This document shows positions 7,806 to 16,162 of a DNA stretch of 32,000 bases, in pieces (the stretch's first letter is position 1; each line of letters starts with the position of its first letter). A program made the translations under genes and the position numbers. This stretch comes from an uncultured archaeon. Its GTDB lineage: Archaea; Iainarchaeota; Iainarchaeia; Iainarchaeales; JAAZKV01. The DNA is taken from NCBI GenBank assembly GCA_964551375.1, contig CAZKBG010000001.1, forward strand, positions 180,001-212,000, read 5' to 3'. The notes under the pieces were generated by a model. It made no database searches, had not been told where the DNA came from, and saw nothing but the letters and a program-made list of their open reading frames with translations.

Positions 7806-9548
7806 TCACCTTGGAACGCTCATGCGTAGAGGCTTAAGAGAAATCTCATGCCCAAGCCTTAACTGTTCAAGGAAAGTATCAATATCAGCTTTAGCAGCGC
7901 AGGTTACAGAATCTGCTCCGCCGTAATAAACAATCAAATCACTTTCTTTAATTACGGCCCCGCATGAATAAACAATTCCGGGCTTAAATCCGTTATTTTC
8001 ATACTCCCTGTCAGGAATCATAATGGGCTTCATTGATTTATGCAGAACTTTTTCAGGATTCTTGAGGTCAAGAAGCATTGCGCCGAGCAAATATTTTCCA
8101 GGATACTGCTTTCCAAGCGCGTGATATAAAACAAGCCATCCGTCTTTAGTTTTAATTGGAGGAGGACCAATTCCCCTAATTCGCGTGTCCCAGGTTTTTT
8201 TATTTTCAGCAAAAGCATACTGGCTCTTAATGCAGGTCTTGTCGTCAAAATCAAGGCTCTCGCAATATTCAATTGCGATTTCAGGATTAATGCTGTGAAG
8301 AATTGCATATTTGCCCTTTACTTTTTCAGGAAAAATTGTCCAATTTTTATGCACTTCATTTGGAGGAGAAATAATTACGGGCTTTGTCCATTTCCATTTC
8401 TTATTTAAAAAATCATCAATCTTAATTGAAGAAGCGGCAACTTTGGGGTGCCCGTCAAATGCAGTGTAAAGCATGTAAAGCCTGTCCCCTATTTTTGTAA
8501 TTCTTGGATCCTCGCATCCCGCAAGACTGTATCCGCTTCTCCACTGACTTGAAACATCCCCTGGCTGTGCGGAGCACACATGAACATAAATCGGCTCCTT
8601 AAGCCTCTCAACAAGGTTTAGTCCATCCTCGCTTGAAGCGTACCCGAAAACGGAAACCATTTCTTTTCCTGTGGCGCGGTAAACAAAATGAATTTTACCG
8701 TCATGCTCAACCGCAGCGGCATTAAAAGTATATTCTGATTCCCACGGATTTTCAGCCCTTGGGGAAATAATAGGATTCTCCCTGTGCTTTTCAAGAACAG
8801 GAAAAGTCGGGCGGTGAGTGAACTTGCATCCTGAAAGCATAACTCCTTTTTTCGCATTCCAATACATGTTTAATTTATTGTTGAAATAAATCATTCCAAT
8901 AGGAGAAAGAACGCTTTTTTTTGCTTCAGGCTCCCACACAGGTACATCAGCGCGCCAAAGCATCCTTTCCGGATTATTAATGTCAAACAAAATCGCCCCC
9001 ACTGTGTACGCGCTTGCTTTTTTTGAATAATAAAATAAAACTATCCCGTCGCCTGTTACGCAGGCAGTTCCAACAATCAAATCCCCTGTGTCAAAATACT
9101 TTTTCCTTGGCTCAATTACTGTGTCAAGAGTTTTCCACTTTTTCAAATCCTTTGAAACAGCAATATTTATTTTCTTGTCCCCAAAATAAGAGATGTATTG
9201 TTTTTTTGATTCATCAAAAAGAATCACTGAAGTTTCTTTTAACTCAAATACACTCGCGCTCTCCCACTTAAGAAGGCTGGGAGTTTTAATAAAAAAAGAA
9301 TCAATTTTTCCTGCAATGTTTTTTGCCTTAAACGTGATTAAATAATCTTTTTTTATTTGAGATATTCTCAAATCTTTTGAATCAAGAGCAAGCTCTTTGA
9401 CTTTTTTTATATCAATTCTAAGCGGTTTTAAGCTCAAATCATCAGGCATATATCCTGATGCCGCAATTAATTCTGACTGAGATTTATAAATAAAATAATT
9501 GCGCGTTTCTGACGCGAAGAACCCTTTACCCTCAATAGACGAATTCAT
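7806..9548 (-). CDS. GH130 family protein: degenerate N-terminal GH130-like module plus intact C-terminal module
   Basis: The C-terminal half (ENPIISPRAENPWESEYTFN...GCEDPRITK...VYYGGAD) is a full GH130 module. It is clearly paralogous to the C-terminal module of the neighbouring gene (FLNKKWKWTKPVIISP versus FVNKYWKWTYPVVISP). The N-terminal roughly 250 aa keep propeller-like segments (GAILFDINNPERMLWRADVPVWEPE) but have no CEDPR motif. Confidence 0.75.
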   Translation of the reverse strand: MNSSIEGKGFFASETRNYFIYKSQSELIAASGYMPDDLSLKPLRIDIKKVKELALDSKDLRISQIKKDYLITFKAKNIAGKIDSFFIKTPSLLKWESASVFELKETSVILFDESKKQYISYFGDKKINIAVSKDLKKWKTLDTVIEPRKKYFDTGDLIVGTACVTGDGIVLFYYSKKASAYTVGAILFDINNPERMLWRADVPVWEPEAKKSVLSPIGMIYFNNKLNMYWNAKKGVMLSGCKFTHRPTFPVLEKHRENPIISPRAENPWESEYTFNAAAVEHDGKIHFVYRATGKEMVSVFGYASSEDGLNLVERLKEPIYVHVCSAQPGDVSSQWRSGYSLAGCEDPRITKIGDRLYMLYTAFDGHPKVAASSIKIDDFLNKKWKWTKPVIISPPNEVHKNWTIFPEKVKGKYAILHSINPEIAIEYCESLDFDDKTCIKSQYAFAENKKTWDTRIRGIGPPPIKTKDGWLVLYHALGKQYPGKYLLGAMLLDLKNPEKVLHKSMKPIMIPDREYENNGFKPGIVYSCGAVIKESDLIVYYGGADSVTCAAKADIDTFLEQLRLGHEISLKPLRMSVPR

Positions 9549-9695
9549 CTTACCAGACCGAAAAATTGAAAAATTACTAAAAGGATTAGTATTTACGGTT
9601 ATTTAAGCATTTTGTATTCAAATCAAAGTTCAAAAAATCCTTTATTTTAAAGAAAGCATTGTTTAAAAACGTGGAATGCATTAATTGTGCAGGTT

Positions 9696-11030
9696 ATGGA
9701 AAATAGCACAAAACTCCCAAGCGTGTTTAGGGAAAGCGATATCCGCGGAATTGTCGGCAGGCAAATTACTCCTGAATTTGCAAGAAAAATAGGAAATGCC
9801 GTTGCAAAAACTTTCAAATCAAACTATTATGTCCTTGGAAGGGATAAGCGCTCAACAAGCAGGGCTCTTTCAAGAGCTATTAGAAAAGGCCTTCTTGAGT
9901 CAGGCGCTAATGTTTATGACCTTGGAGAAACAATTTCTCCCCTTGCTTATTTTGCGGCAAGGCACTACAACTGCCCCGGAGTATTCATTACCGCTTCGCA
10001 CAATCCAAAAGAGTATAACGGATTCAAAATTATTGGAAGCGACGGGTTAACAAAAGGAATTAGAAACGGGCTTGACAAAGTGAAGAAAGAGTTTGATTTA
10101 AACCAGCCGTTAAAGAAAACAAAAGGGAAAATTATACGCCCAAATATATTCCATGATTACAAACTTAACGTGCTTCACTTTGATAGAGGAATAACTCCAG
10201 CAAAAATTGTTCTAAATAACGGAGGAAACACGTCAGGAAAATTGCTGAAAAAAATTCTTGAAGGAAAAAGAGTTAAAATTATTGAAATTAACCCAAAAAG
10301 AGGGTATATTTCAAACCCGCTTATTGATAAGGGAAAGGAAGTGAGCAGAAAAATACTTGCAAAGAAAGCGGATTTTGGAGTCGCTTTTGACTTTGACGGC
10401 GACAGAATATTCTTTTTTGACGAGAAAGGAAACAAGCTGGATAACTCATCAATTGCCGCGCTGATTGCAAACTTTTTGCTTGGTGAAAAGAAAAGCGGAA
10501 CGATTCTTTATGACGTTCGAAGCGACTGGATAATTAAGGACACTGTCAAAACATGCGGAGGAAAATCACTGATGGTTGAAGTAGGGCACACAAATGTAAA
10601 AGAAAAAATGAAAAAAAATGACGCTATTTACTGCGGCGAAATATCAGGGCACAATTACTTTAGAGAAAGCGGCTACACCGAATCTTCATTAATGCCCATT
10701 ATAATAATTTTAAGCATTATATCAACTGAAAAGAAAACCTTGTCTGAATTAATAAAACCATTTAGAAAAAATCATCTTCTTAATGAAACAAATTACACAG
10801 TGGATGACATTAATCAGACTATTAATGATGTTTCAAAACTAATCAAAGGCGGGAAAAGGAGCACGCTTGACGGATTAAGAGTGGATTTTAATGATTGGTG
10901 GTTCAGCATCAGAGGCTCAAAGAACGAGCCGCTGATTAGGCTTAATATGGGCGCAAAAAATAAAGAAGTTTTGGAAAAAAAGCTGGCGCTTATTGAATCA
11001 GCTGTAAAAAAACACTATTTGCGCCCGTAA
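9696..11030 (+). CDS. Phosphomannomutase/phosphoglucomutase (alpha-D-phosphohexomutase family)
   Basis: TASHNPKEYNGFK is the catalytic phosphoserine loop. FDFDGDRIFF is the Mg-binding D-x-D-G-D-R motif. GEISGHNYF is the sugar-binding GE-x-SGH motif. The ORF track starts at GTG 9687; ATG 9696 (MENSTK...) is preferred. Confidence 0.85.
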   Translation: MENSTKLPSVFRESDIRGIVGRQITPEFARKIGNAVAKTFKSNYYVLGRDKRSTSRALSRAIRKGLLESGANVYDLGETISPLAYFAARHYNCPGVFITASHNPKEYNGFKIIGSDGLTKGIRNGLDKVKKEFDLNQPLKKTKGKIIRPNIFHDYKLNVLHFDRGITPAKIVLNNGGNTSGKLLKKILEGKRVKIIEINPKRGYISNPLIDKGKEVSRKILAKKADFGVAFDFDGDRIFFFDEKGNKLDNSSIAALIANFLLGEKKSGTILYDVRSDWIIKDTVKTCGGKSLMVEVGHTNVKEKMKKNDAIYCGEISGHNYFRESGYTESSLMPIIIILSIISTEKKTLSELIKPFRKNHLLNETNYTVDDINQTINDVSKLIKGGKRSTLDGLRVDFNDWWFSIRGSKNEPLIRLNMGAKNKEVLEKKLALIESAVKKHYLRP

Positions 11031-11356
11031 TCATCAGAATATCTTACTTCATCATGCTCGTCAAATTTTCCAAAAGATATTTCCAAGAATAAAACTTTTT
11101 TCTTCTTTGCTCCAAGTCTGTGCTTTACTCCTTTTTTTATAAAAATGCTTTCACCGCTCTTTGCAAGCCACTTTTTTCCCCCAATTTCTGCAACCGCAGG
11201 GCCTTCAATTATTTTCCAAAACTCATCCCTCTTTTTGTGGCTTTGAAGACTAAGCTTTTGATTAGGATTGAGCGTAAGCGTTTTTACTGTGCACTGTTTA
11301 TTCAAACAGTATCTCTCAAAACGCCCCCATGGGCGGATAACTTTCTTAATTTCCAT
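11015..11356 (-). CDS. Cupin-type (type II) mannose-6-phosphate isomerase domain protein
   Basis: VIRPWGRFERY...LTLNPNQKLSLQSHKKRDEFWKIIEG...IFIKKGVKHRL resembles the stand-alone C-terminal PMI cupin of type II PMI/GMP enzymes. The ORF-track start at 11431 would overlap the divergent prs start codon, so I prefer the internal ATG at 11356 (MEIKKVIRPWG). The 3' end overlaps the PMM 3' end by 16 nt. Confidence 0.7.
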   Translation of the reverse strand: MEIKKVIRPWGRFERYCLNKQCTVKTLTLNPNQKLSLQSHKKRDEFWKIIEGPAVAEIGGKKWLAKSGESIFIKKGVKHRLGAKKKKVLFLEISFGKFDEHDEVRYSDDYGRK

Positions 11357-11429
11357 GTGGTAAATAGGGAGTTTTGGAATAAAAAACTTCTCTAAAAAGA
11401 TATTTATACAAGTTTCTCGTTGTTTTAGC

Positions 11430-12305
11430 ATGGATGCGCTCCTGATTGAGATAAATCACCACATTGGAAAGGAAGTTGCGCGCATTAGCGGGATTGAATA
11501 CCAGCAAATGGTTCTTGAGCCGTTTCCTGACAACGAATCATATATACGTTTCCCGTTTCCAGTAAAAGGAAGAAAAATATTTTTGCTTGCTGACATGGCA
11601 AAAAAGCCAAATGAAATGCTTTCAATACTTTTACTTGCAGCAAAAACACTGCGAAAATTAAAAGCAAAGAGAATTTACCTAATTGCGCCTTACATGGTTT
11701 ACTTAAGACAGGACCATGCATTCCATCCTGGAGAAGCGGTGTCAGGATTTATTGTATCAGATTTTGTAAGCAGCTTATTTGACGGAATAATAACAATTGA
11801 CCCTCATCTTCACAGAGTAGAATCAATGAGGGGATTTTTCAGATGCAAAACACAAAAGCTTACCGCGACAAAAAAGCTTTCTGAATACTTTTCAAAAAGA
11901 GATGCAGTGCTTGTGGGACCAGACGCTGAAAGCAAGCAGTGGATAAAAGCAATTGCAGAAAATTGCGGTAAAGAATTTGTTGTAGCAAGCAAAACAAGGC
12001 ACTCAAGCAGGCATGTTGAAGTGGAAATTAAGCGCGGAAATGTAATTCTTGAAGGAAAAACCGCAATAATAGTTGACGATATTATCAGCACAGGGCATAC
12101 TATACTTGAAGCTGCAAAAGCTTTGAAGAAAGAAAAAGTAAAAGGAATTGAATGCTATGCTGTGCACGGATTATTTATGGAAGGCGCTCTTGAGAAACTT
12201 AAAAAAAGCAGAATAAAAGTCGGCGCAACTAATACTCTCAAAAATCCTGTTGAAGTAATTGATATTGCTCCTGAAATTGCTGAAGGTGTTAAAGCGTGGC
12301 TGTAA
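11430..12305 (+). CDS. prs: Ribose-phosphate pyrophosphokinase (PRPP synthetase), archaeal type
   Basis: Motifs FPDNESYIRF, APYMVYLRQD, ITIDPHLH and the PRPP-binding loop IIVDDIISTGHTI are present. Overall order matches the archaeal Prs I remember from Methanocaldococcus. Confidence 0.85.
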   Translation: MDALLIEINHHIGKEVARISGIEYQQMVLEPFPDNESYIRFPFPVKGRKIFLLADMAKKPNEMLSILLLAAKTLRKLKAKRIYLIAPYMVYLRQDHAFHPGEAVSGFIVSDFVSSLFDGIITIDPHLHRVESMRGFFRCKTQKLTATKKLSEYFSKRDAVLVGPDAESKQWIKAIAENCGKEFVVASKTRHSSRHVEVEIKRGNVILEGKTAIIVDDIISTGHTILEAAKALKKEKVKGIECYAVHGLFMEGALEKLKKSRIKVGATNTLKNPVEVIDIAPEIAEGVKAWL

Positions 12306-13564
12306 ATCAAACTGAAAAAAAGAATGCAGCGCTAAAAGCATTAAGATTAATTCCCCAAAAAGGACTTGTGGGGTTAGGCTCAGGAACCACAGTGGATACT
12401 CTTGCAGGGCTGATAAATAAGGCAAACAAATCCGAATTCATTTGCATATCAAAGAATGCTAAAAAAATACTTCAAAAAAGAGGGTTGAAATTAATCGAAA
12501 AGGAAAATCCTGTTATTGCAATTGACGGGGCGGACAGCTTTGTAAAACAAAATGGAAGGTTAATTGCCATTAAAGGCGCGGGCGCATTTGATTTTACTAA
12601 TGAGAAAAAACTTGATTACTCTGCAAAAAAATTTGTTATAATTGCTGGAAAGAGTAAATTAGAAAATAAGGACCACACAGTATTTGTTGAAGTAACAAAA
12701 AAAGCGCTTAATACTGTCATTAAGCAGCTGAAAATTTCAGGGCTTTTGGTTAAAAAGGTTCCAAAATCAAACCCCCTATTAAAAGGAAAGAAAAATGTAT
12801 TTGTTCAAATTACTCCCAAAGCAGGAACAAATTTTTCAGAACTTGAACACATGCTTGATAACACCGCTGGCGTTATTGGAAATGGAATATTCTCAAAGAA
12901 AAGATTTGATTTAATAATTGGAAAAGAAGAGCCTTTTGTTGAGACAAGGCTTCAGGTTGCCCTTGATTTTGATGAAGAGTTCCCCGCGGTTCAAACAGCA
13001 AAACAGGTTAAGGATTATGTTGATATAATTGAAATAGGAACTCCGCTTGTAAAAGCGCTGAATGAAAAACATATTATAAAAAAACTTTCAAAATACAAGA
13101 AAAAATTATTTGTGGATCTAAAAACAATGGATGCGGGTTATTTTGAATCAAGCCCTGCTATAAAGCATGGGGGAGATTATGTTTCAGTTCTTGGAGTGGC
13201 ATCAGACGAAACAGTGAAAGGAGTGCTGAAAAACGGCGCCGATAGGGTTGTAGTGGATTTAATTGGATGCAAAGATGTTGCGCTTAGAATAAATCAGCTG
13301 AAAAAATTAGGCGCGGTTAATTTTGAAGTTCATGCGGCAATTGATGACCAGGCAAAAGGCAAAACACCGCTTGAAGAAGTTAGAAAAGCATCTCAAATCA
13401 AAGGAATTAATATTTGGGCAGCAGGCGGGATAGGATTATCTTCGCTTGATGCAGTAATGGAATACAGGCCAGCAGTAGTAGTTGTCGGAGGGGCAATAAC
13501 TCACTCAAAAGACAGAAAACAAGCTGCAAAAGATATAAAAGAAAGAATAGAAGAATTAAGTTGA
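12296..13564 (+). CDS. Fusion protein: ribose-5-phosphate isomerase A (N-terminal) plus 3-hexulose-6-phosphate synthase (C-terminal)
   Basis: GTG start overlaps the prs stop by 10 nt. aa 1-215 carry RpiA motifs: VGLGSGTT, IAIDGADSF, IKGAGAF..NEK, FVIIAGKSKL and AGVIGNGIF. aa 216-422 carry HPS / OMP-decarboxylase-family motifs: LQVALDF, DIIEIGTPLVK, DLKTMDAG, VHAAIDDQ, AAGGI and VVVGGAIT. Confidence 0.8.
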   Translation: MAVNQTEKKNAALKALRLIPQKGLVGLGSGTTVDTLAGLINKANKSEFICISKNAKKILQKRGLKLIEKENPVIAIDGADSFVKQNGRLIAIKGAGAFDFTNEKKLDYSAKKFVIIAGKSKLENKDHTVFVEVTKKALNTVIKQLKISGLLVKKVPKSNPLLKGKKNVFVQITPKAGTNFSELEHMLDNTAGVIGNGIFSKKRFDLIIGKEEPFVETRLQVALDFDEEFPAVQTAKQVKDYVDIIEIGTPLVKALNEKHIIKKLSKYKKKLFVDLKTMDAGYFESSPAIKHGGDYVSVLGVASDETVKGVLKNGADRVVVDLIGCKDVALRINQLKKLGAVNFEVHAAIDDQAKGKTPLEEVRKASQIKGINIWAAGGIGLSSLDAVMEYRPAVVVVGGAITHSKDRKQAAKDIKERIEELS

Positions 13565-13612
13565 AGTTAACATAACTTTGGATATTAAAATTAAGTTTGA
13601 AAGGTTGATTTT

Positions 13613-14158
13613 ATGAAATATATTTGGTATGAAGAAAAAATACTTTCAGAAATAGAATCCGTTCTAAAAAGCAATCCTGAAAAGAGCGAAAAGAATCTTG
13701 TGAAGGAAATAATTGACTCTAATTCAGTATTTGTTAGCGGTGCAGGGCGCTCTGGATTAATCGCAAAAACATTCGCAATGAGATTAATTCAGCTTGGCAT
13801 AACATGCCATGTCGTAGGCGAAACCACTACCCCAGCATTTACAAAAAAAGATTTACTAATATCCCTATCAGGCTCAGGAGAAACAAAAACAATTATAGAT
13901 ATTGCTTTTGAGGCAAAAGATAAAGGCGCAAGAACCGTTGCAATTACTTCAGAAGAAAAAGGAACCCTTGCAAAAATAAGCAGTTTAACGGTTGTGTTAA
14001 AATCAAAAACAAAAAAAGGCGGTACAAGCATCCAGCCCCTTGGAAGTTTATTTGAGCAGAGCGCATTTATCTTCTTTGAAGCGGCAGTGCTTGGAATAAT
14101 GAAAAAGAAAGGAATTACTGAAAAAGTAATGAAACAAAATCACTCGAACCTTGAATAG
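13613..14158 (+). CDS. phi: 6-phospho-3-hexuloisomerase (SIS domain)
   Basis: 181 aa. VFVSGAGRSGLIAKTFAMRL and LLISLSGSGETKT are SIS-domain motifs in a PHI-sized protein. It lies directly downstream of the HPS-containing gene. Confidence 0.8.
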   Translation: MKYIWYEEKILSEIESVLKSNPEKSEKNLVKEIIDSNSVFVSGAGRSGLIAKTFAMRLIQLGITCHVVGETTTPAFTKKDLLISLSGSGETKTIIDIAFEAKDKGARTVAITSEEKGTLAKISSLTVVLKSKTKKGGTSIQPLGSLFEQSAFIFFEAAVLGIMKKKGITEKVMKQNHSNLE

Positions 14159-14192
14159 TGCTCAAATCATAAATTACTTAACTATTAAATTA

Positions 14193-14951
14193 CTACATCT
14201 TAAATAAAAGCGAAGCCAAAAAAACTAATGAAAAAATAACCGGCTGGTGGATTAAATATATTGCAAGCGAGTTTCTGCCAAATAGTTCTATCTTTGAAAT
14301 AATAATTCGAACATATTTTCCTTTTGGTTGTTTTATTCTAATAACTGCTTTCTTATTTGAATAAATAAAATTTCCAAGCGAAATGCCGATTAGCACCGCT
14401 CCAAACCATGGAAATAAAGGCTCAAAATCAAGCGTTGGAAAAGGGGTTGAAAATCCCGCCCAAACCAGCCAATTGATTCCAATACTTTGCAAATTTATAA
14501 AATTTGGAACCACAATAAAAAATAGTCCAAGAATTAGCGGTATTATTTTATGTTTGGCAAATGGAATTGATAAAATAATTGAAACCGCAATCAAATGAAG
14601 TATCCCGAAGTAAATGAATTCGCTTGGAAATAAAATAAAAGTAACAAATGAAACCAAAAGCGCGGCTAAAAAAATAAATACTGCGCGCTTAGCAAAGTGA
14701 ATAGAGTACTTAGAGGCATACTTTTGAGCCCCATAAGCAAGCATTACTCCGACAAGAAGCAGAAATAATCCCGCAGTTGCGATTTGAAAATAACCCCAAA
14801 ATCCAGAATAAGGGTTTATTGAAATATACCCAAAATACTTTAAATCCCAAACAATGTGAAACACAATCATCATCAAAATGGCTAGCCCCCGGGCAAAATC
14901 AACTTCCCAAAATCTTGCAGAATTAGACTTTATAGTTATTTTAGTTTTCAT
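14193..14951 (-). CDS. Polytopic membrane protein, DUF1624 / heparan-alpha-glucosaminide N-acetyltransferase-like acyltransferase
   Basis: N-terminal R-x-WEVDFARGLAILMMIVFH motif and about 9 predicted hydrophobic helices. The internal ATG at 14951 (MKTKITIK...) is preferred over the ORF-track start at 15008, which lies inside the upstream gene. Confidence 0.55.
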   Translation of the reverse strand: MKTKITIKSNSARFWEVDFARGLAILMMIVFHIVWDLKYFGYISINPYSGFWGYFQIATAGLFLLLVGVMLAYGAQKYASKYSIHFAKRAVFIFLAALLVSFVTFILFPSEFIYFGILHLIAVSIILSIPFAKHKIIPLILGLFFIVVPNFINLQSIGINWLVWAGFSTPFPTLDFEPLFPWFGAVLIGISLGNFIYSNKKAVIRIKQPKGKYVRIIISKIELFGRNSLAIYLIHQPVIFSLVFLASLLFKM

Positions 14952-15321
14952 TTGAAATCCTTTCACTCTCAACAATAATGCACAAATCATTTGTGAAAGA
15001 AAGCCCATTTCTTTTACAATAACTAATTACACTATCATCAAAACTCCCCGGCTGAAACCAAAAATGAACCTTTTTGTTTTTTACTGACTCAAGCACGCCA
15101 AGCGTAACTGCGGGAGGAATAACAAAAACCACAATATCAAGTTTTGCTTTAATATCATTTACATTTGCAAAGACTTTTTTTCCTAAAATCTCATTTTCCT
15201 TAGGATTCACCGGATAAATTTTATTAGTAATCTTTGAAATCGCGGCAATTACCTTATTTCCGTACTTTTCAGGATTATTAGAAGCGCCCACAATAGCAAT
15301 GCTTTTACCTTTTATTTCCAT
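14941..15321 (-). CDS. CoA-binding domain protein (YccU-like)
   Basis: SIAIVGASNNPEKYGNKV...IYPVNPKENEILGKKVF...DIVVFVIPP is the CoA_binding_2 pattern in a typical 126-aa protein. It overlaps the downstream membrane-protein gene by 11 nt. Confidence 0.75.
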   Translation of the reverse strand: MEIKGKSIAIVGASNNPEKYGNKVIAAISKITNKIYPVNPKENEILGKKVFANVNDIKAKLDIVVFVIPPAVTLGVLESVKNKKVHFWFQPGSFDDSVISYCKRNGLSFTNDLCIIVESERISNEN

Positions 15322-15382
15322 AATAACTCCTATCTAACTACTCAGTAAAGAGTTAAAAACGCTTTTTGTCAAGTGATTTAGT

Positions 15383-15868
15383 ATGCAAAAAAAGCTAATC
15401 CTGTTGTTTGACTCAATCAGAGACCCAAGAGACCTTGCTGAAATGATTTTATTAGGACTTGCGCTTGATGTAAAAATTGAACTCACAGGCTCCTCGCTTT
15501 CTCCGAATCACTTTAAAGTTTTAAGAATTGTAAACTCATGGATTCCAAGTTTTAAGGAAAAGCCAATGCTTGAAAATATTAAAATGAACGGCGACTTTTC
15601 AAAAAGAATTGCTGAGCTAAAAAAACAAGGGTACTCTATAATAGGCACTTCCCCAAATGCAAAAAAATCCTTATTCAAATCAGATTTATCTTCAGGAAAA
15701 CATGTAATTGTTTTTGGAACAGAAACATCAGGACTGAGCAAGGAAAAAATGGCTCTAATGGATGAAATGGTTTTAGTGCCAATGAAACCCCCAGCTTCTT
15801 TTTTCACAATCCGCGCAGTTGCACCTATTATTGCATATGAAACGATGAGACAGAAAAAGCTTTTTTAA
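15383..15868 (+). CDS. SpoU/TrmH-family RNA 2'-O-methyltransferase (SPOUT)
   Basis: 161 aa. VIVFGTETSGLSKE (motif 2) and VLVPMKPPASFFTIRAVAPIIAYE (motif 3, trefoil-knot region) are recognisable. Motif 1 is divergent. Confidence 0.6.
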   Translation: MQKKLILLFDSIRDPRDLAEMILLGLALDVKIELTGSSLSPNHFKVLRIVNSWIPSFKEKPMLENIKMNGDFSKRIAELKKQGYSIIGTSPNAKKSLFKSDLSSGKHVIVFGTETSGLSKEKMALMDEMVLVPMKPPASFFTIRAVAPIIAYETMRQKKLF

Positions 15869-15990
15869 TTGCAATTTTTGGCCAAGCTATTTTGACTAAG
15901 TTATGCTAATTTTTTCTTTGAAATGGAAGGGTATTAAAACTCTAACAAAACTAATTTTTCTTAGCAAAGCCACTAAAATAAGGTAATATT

Positions 15991-16074
15991 GCGGAGGTGG
16001 CAGAGCGGTCTAATGCGCACGCCTGGAAAGCGTGTTCTCGAAAGGGAGCCCGAGTTCAAATCTCGGCCTCCGCG
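15991..16074 (+). tRNA. tRNA-Ser (anticodon GGA), class II with long variable arm, no encoded CCA
   Basis: Hand-folded cloverleaf. Acceptor GCGGAGG/CCTCCGC, discriminator G. Anticodon stem CACGC/GCGTG, loop CTGGAAA. Variable arm TCTC-GAAA-GGGA. T arm CCGAG-TTCAAAT-CTCGG. Confidence 0.9.
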
Positions 16075-16162
16075 TAATAAAACAAGTTCAAATCCAATGT
16101 CCTTAACTCAAACAGATTATATTATATATCTCAAAAGGTTATTATTGGTAAAGGGTGTTGAA

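Noticed and set aside
11357-11431. Longer N-terminus of the cupin PMI gene (ORF-track start at 11431)
   Set aside because: It would make the divergent PMI and prs start codons overlap by 2 nt, leaving no promoter space. The extension is not part of the cupin fold, and ATG 11356 gives a typical roughly 114-aa stand-alone cupin.
16053-16094. 10-nt direct repeat AGTTCAAATC: the T-loop of tRNA-Ser (16053-16062) repeated at 16085-16094, a possible att-site remnant
   Set aside because: The match is only 10 nt and diverges immediately on both sides. There is no integrase and no second longer copy further downstream. It is compatible with chance in an AT-rich sequence.
15989-16162. N-terminal 58 codons of the ORF-track entry 15989..16762
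   Set aside because: This part of the ORF is simply the tRNA-Ser gene and its 3' flank read as protein (MRRWQSGLMRTPGKRV...). A GTG with a Shine-Dalgarno and a proper lipoprotein signal peptide starts at 16163.
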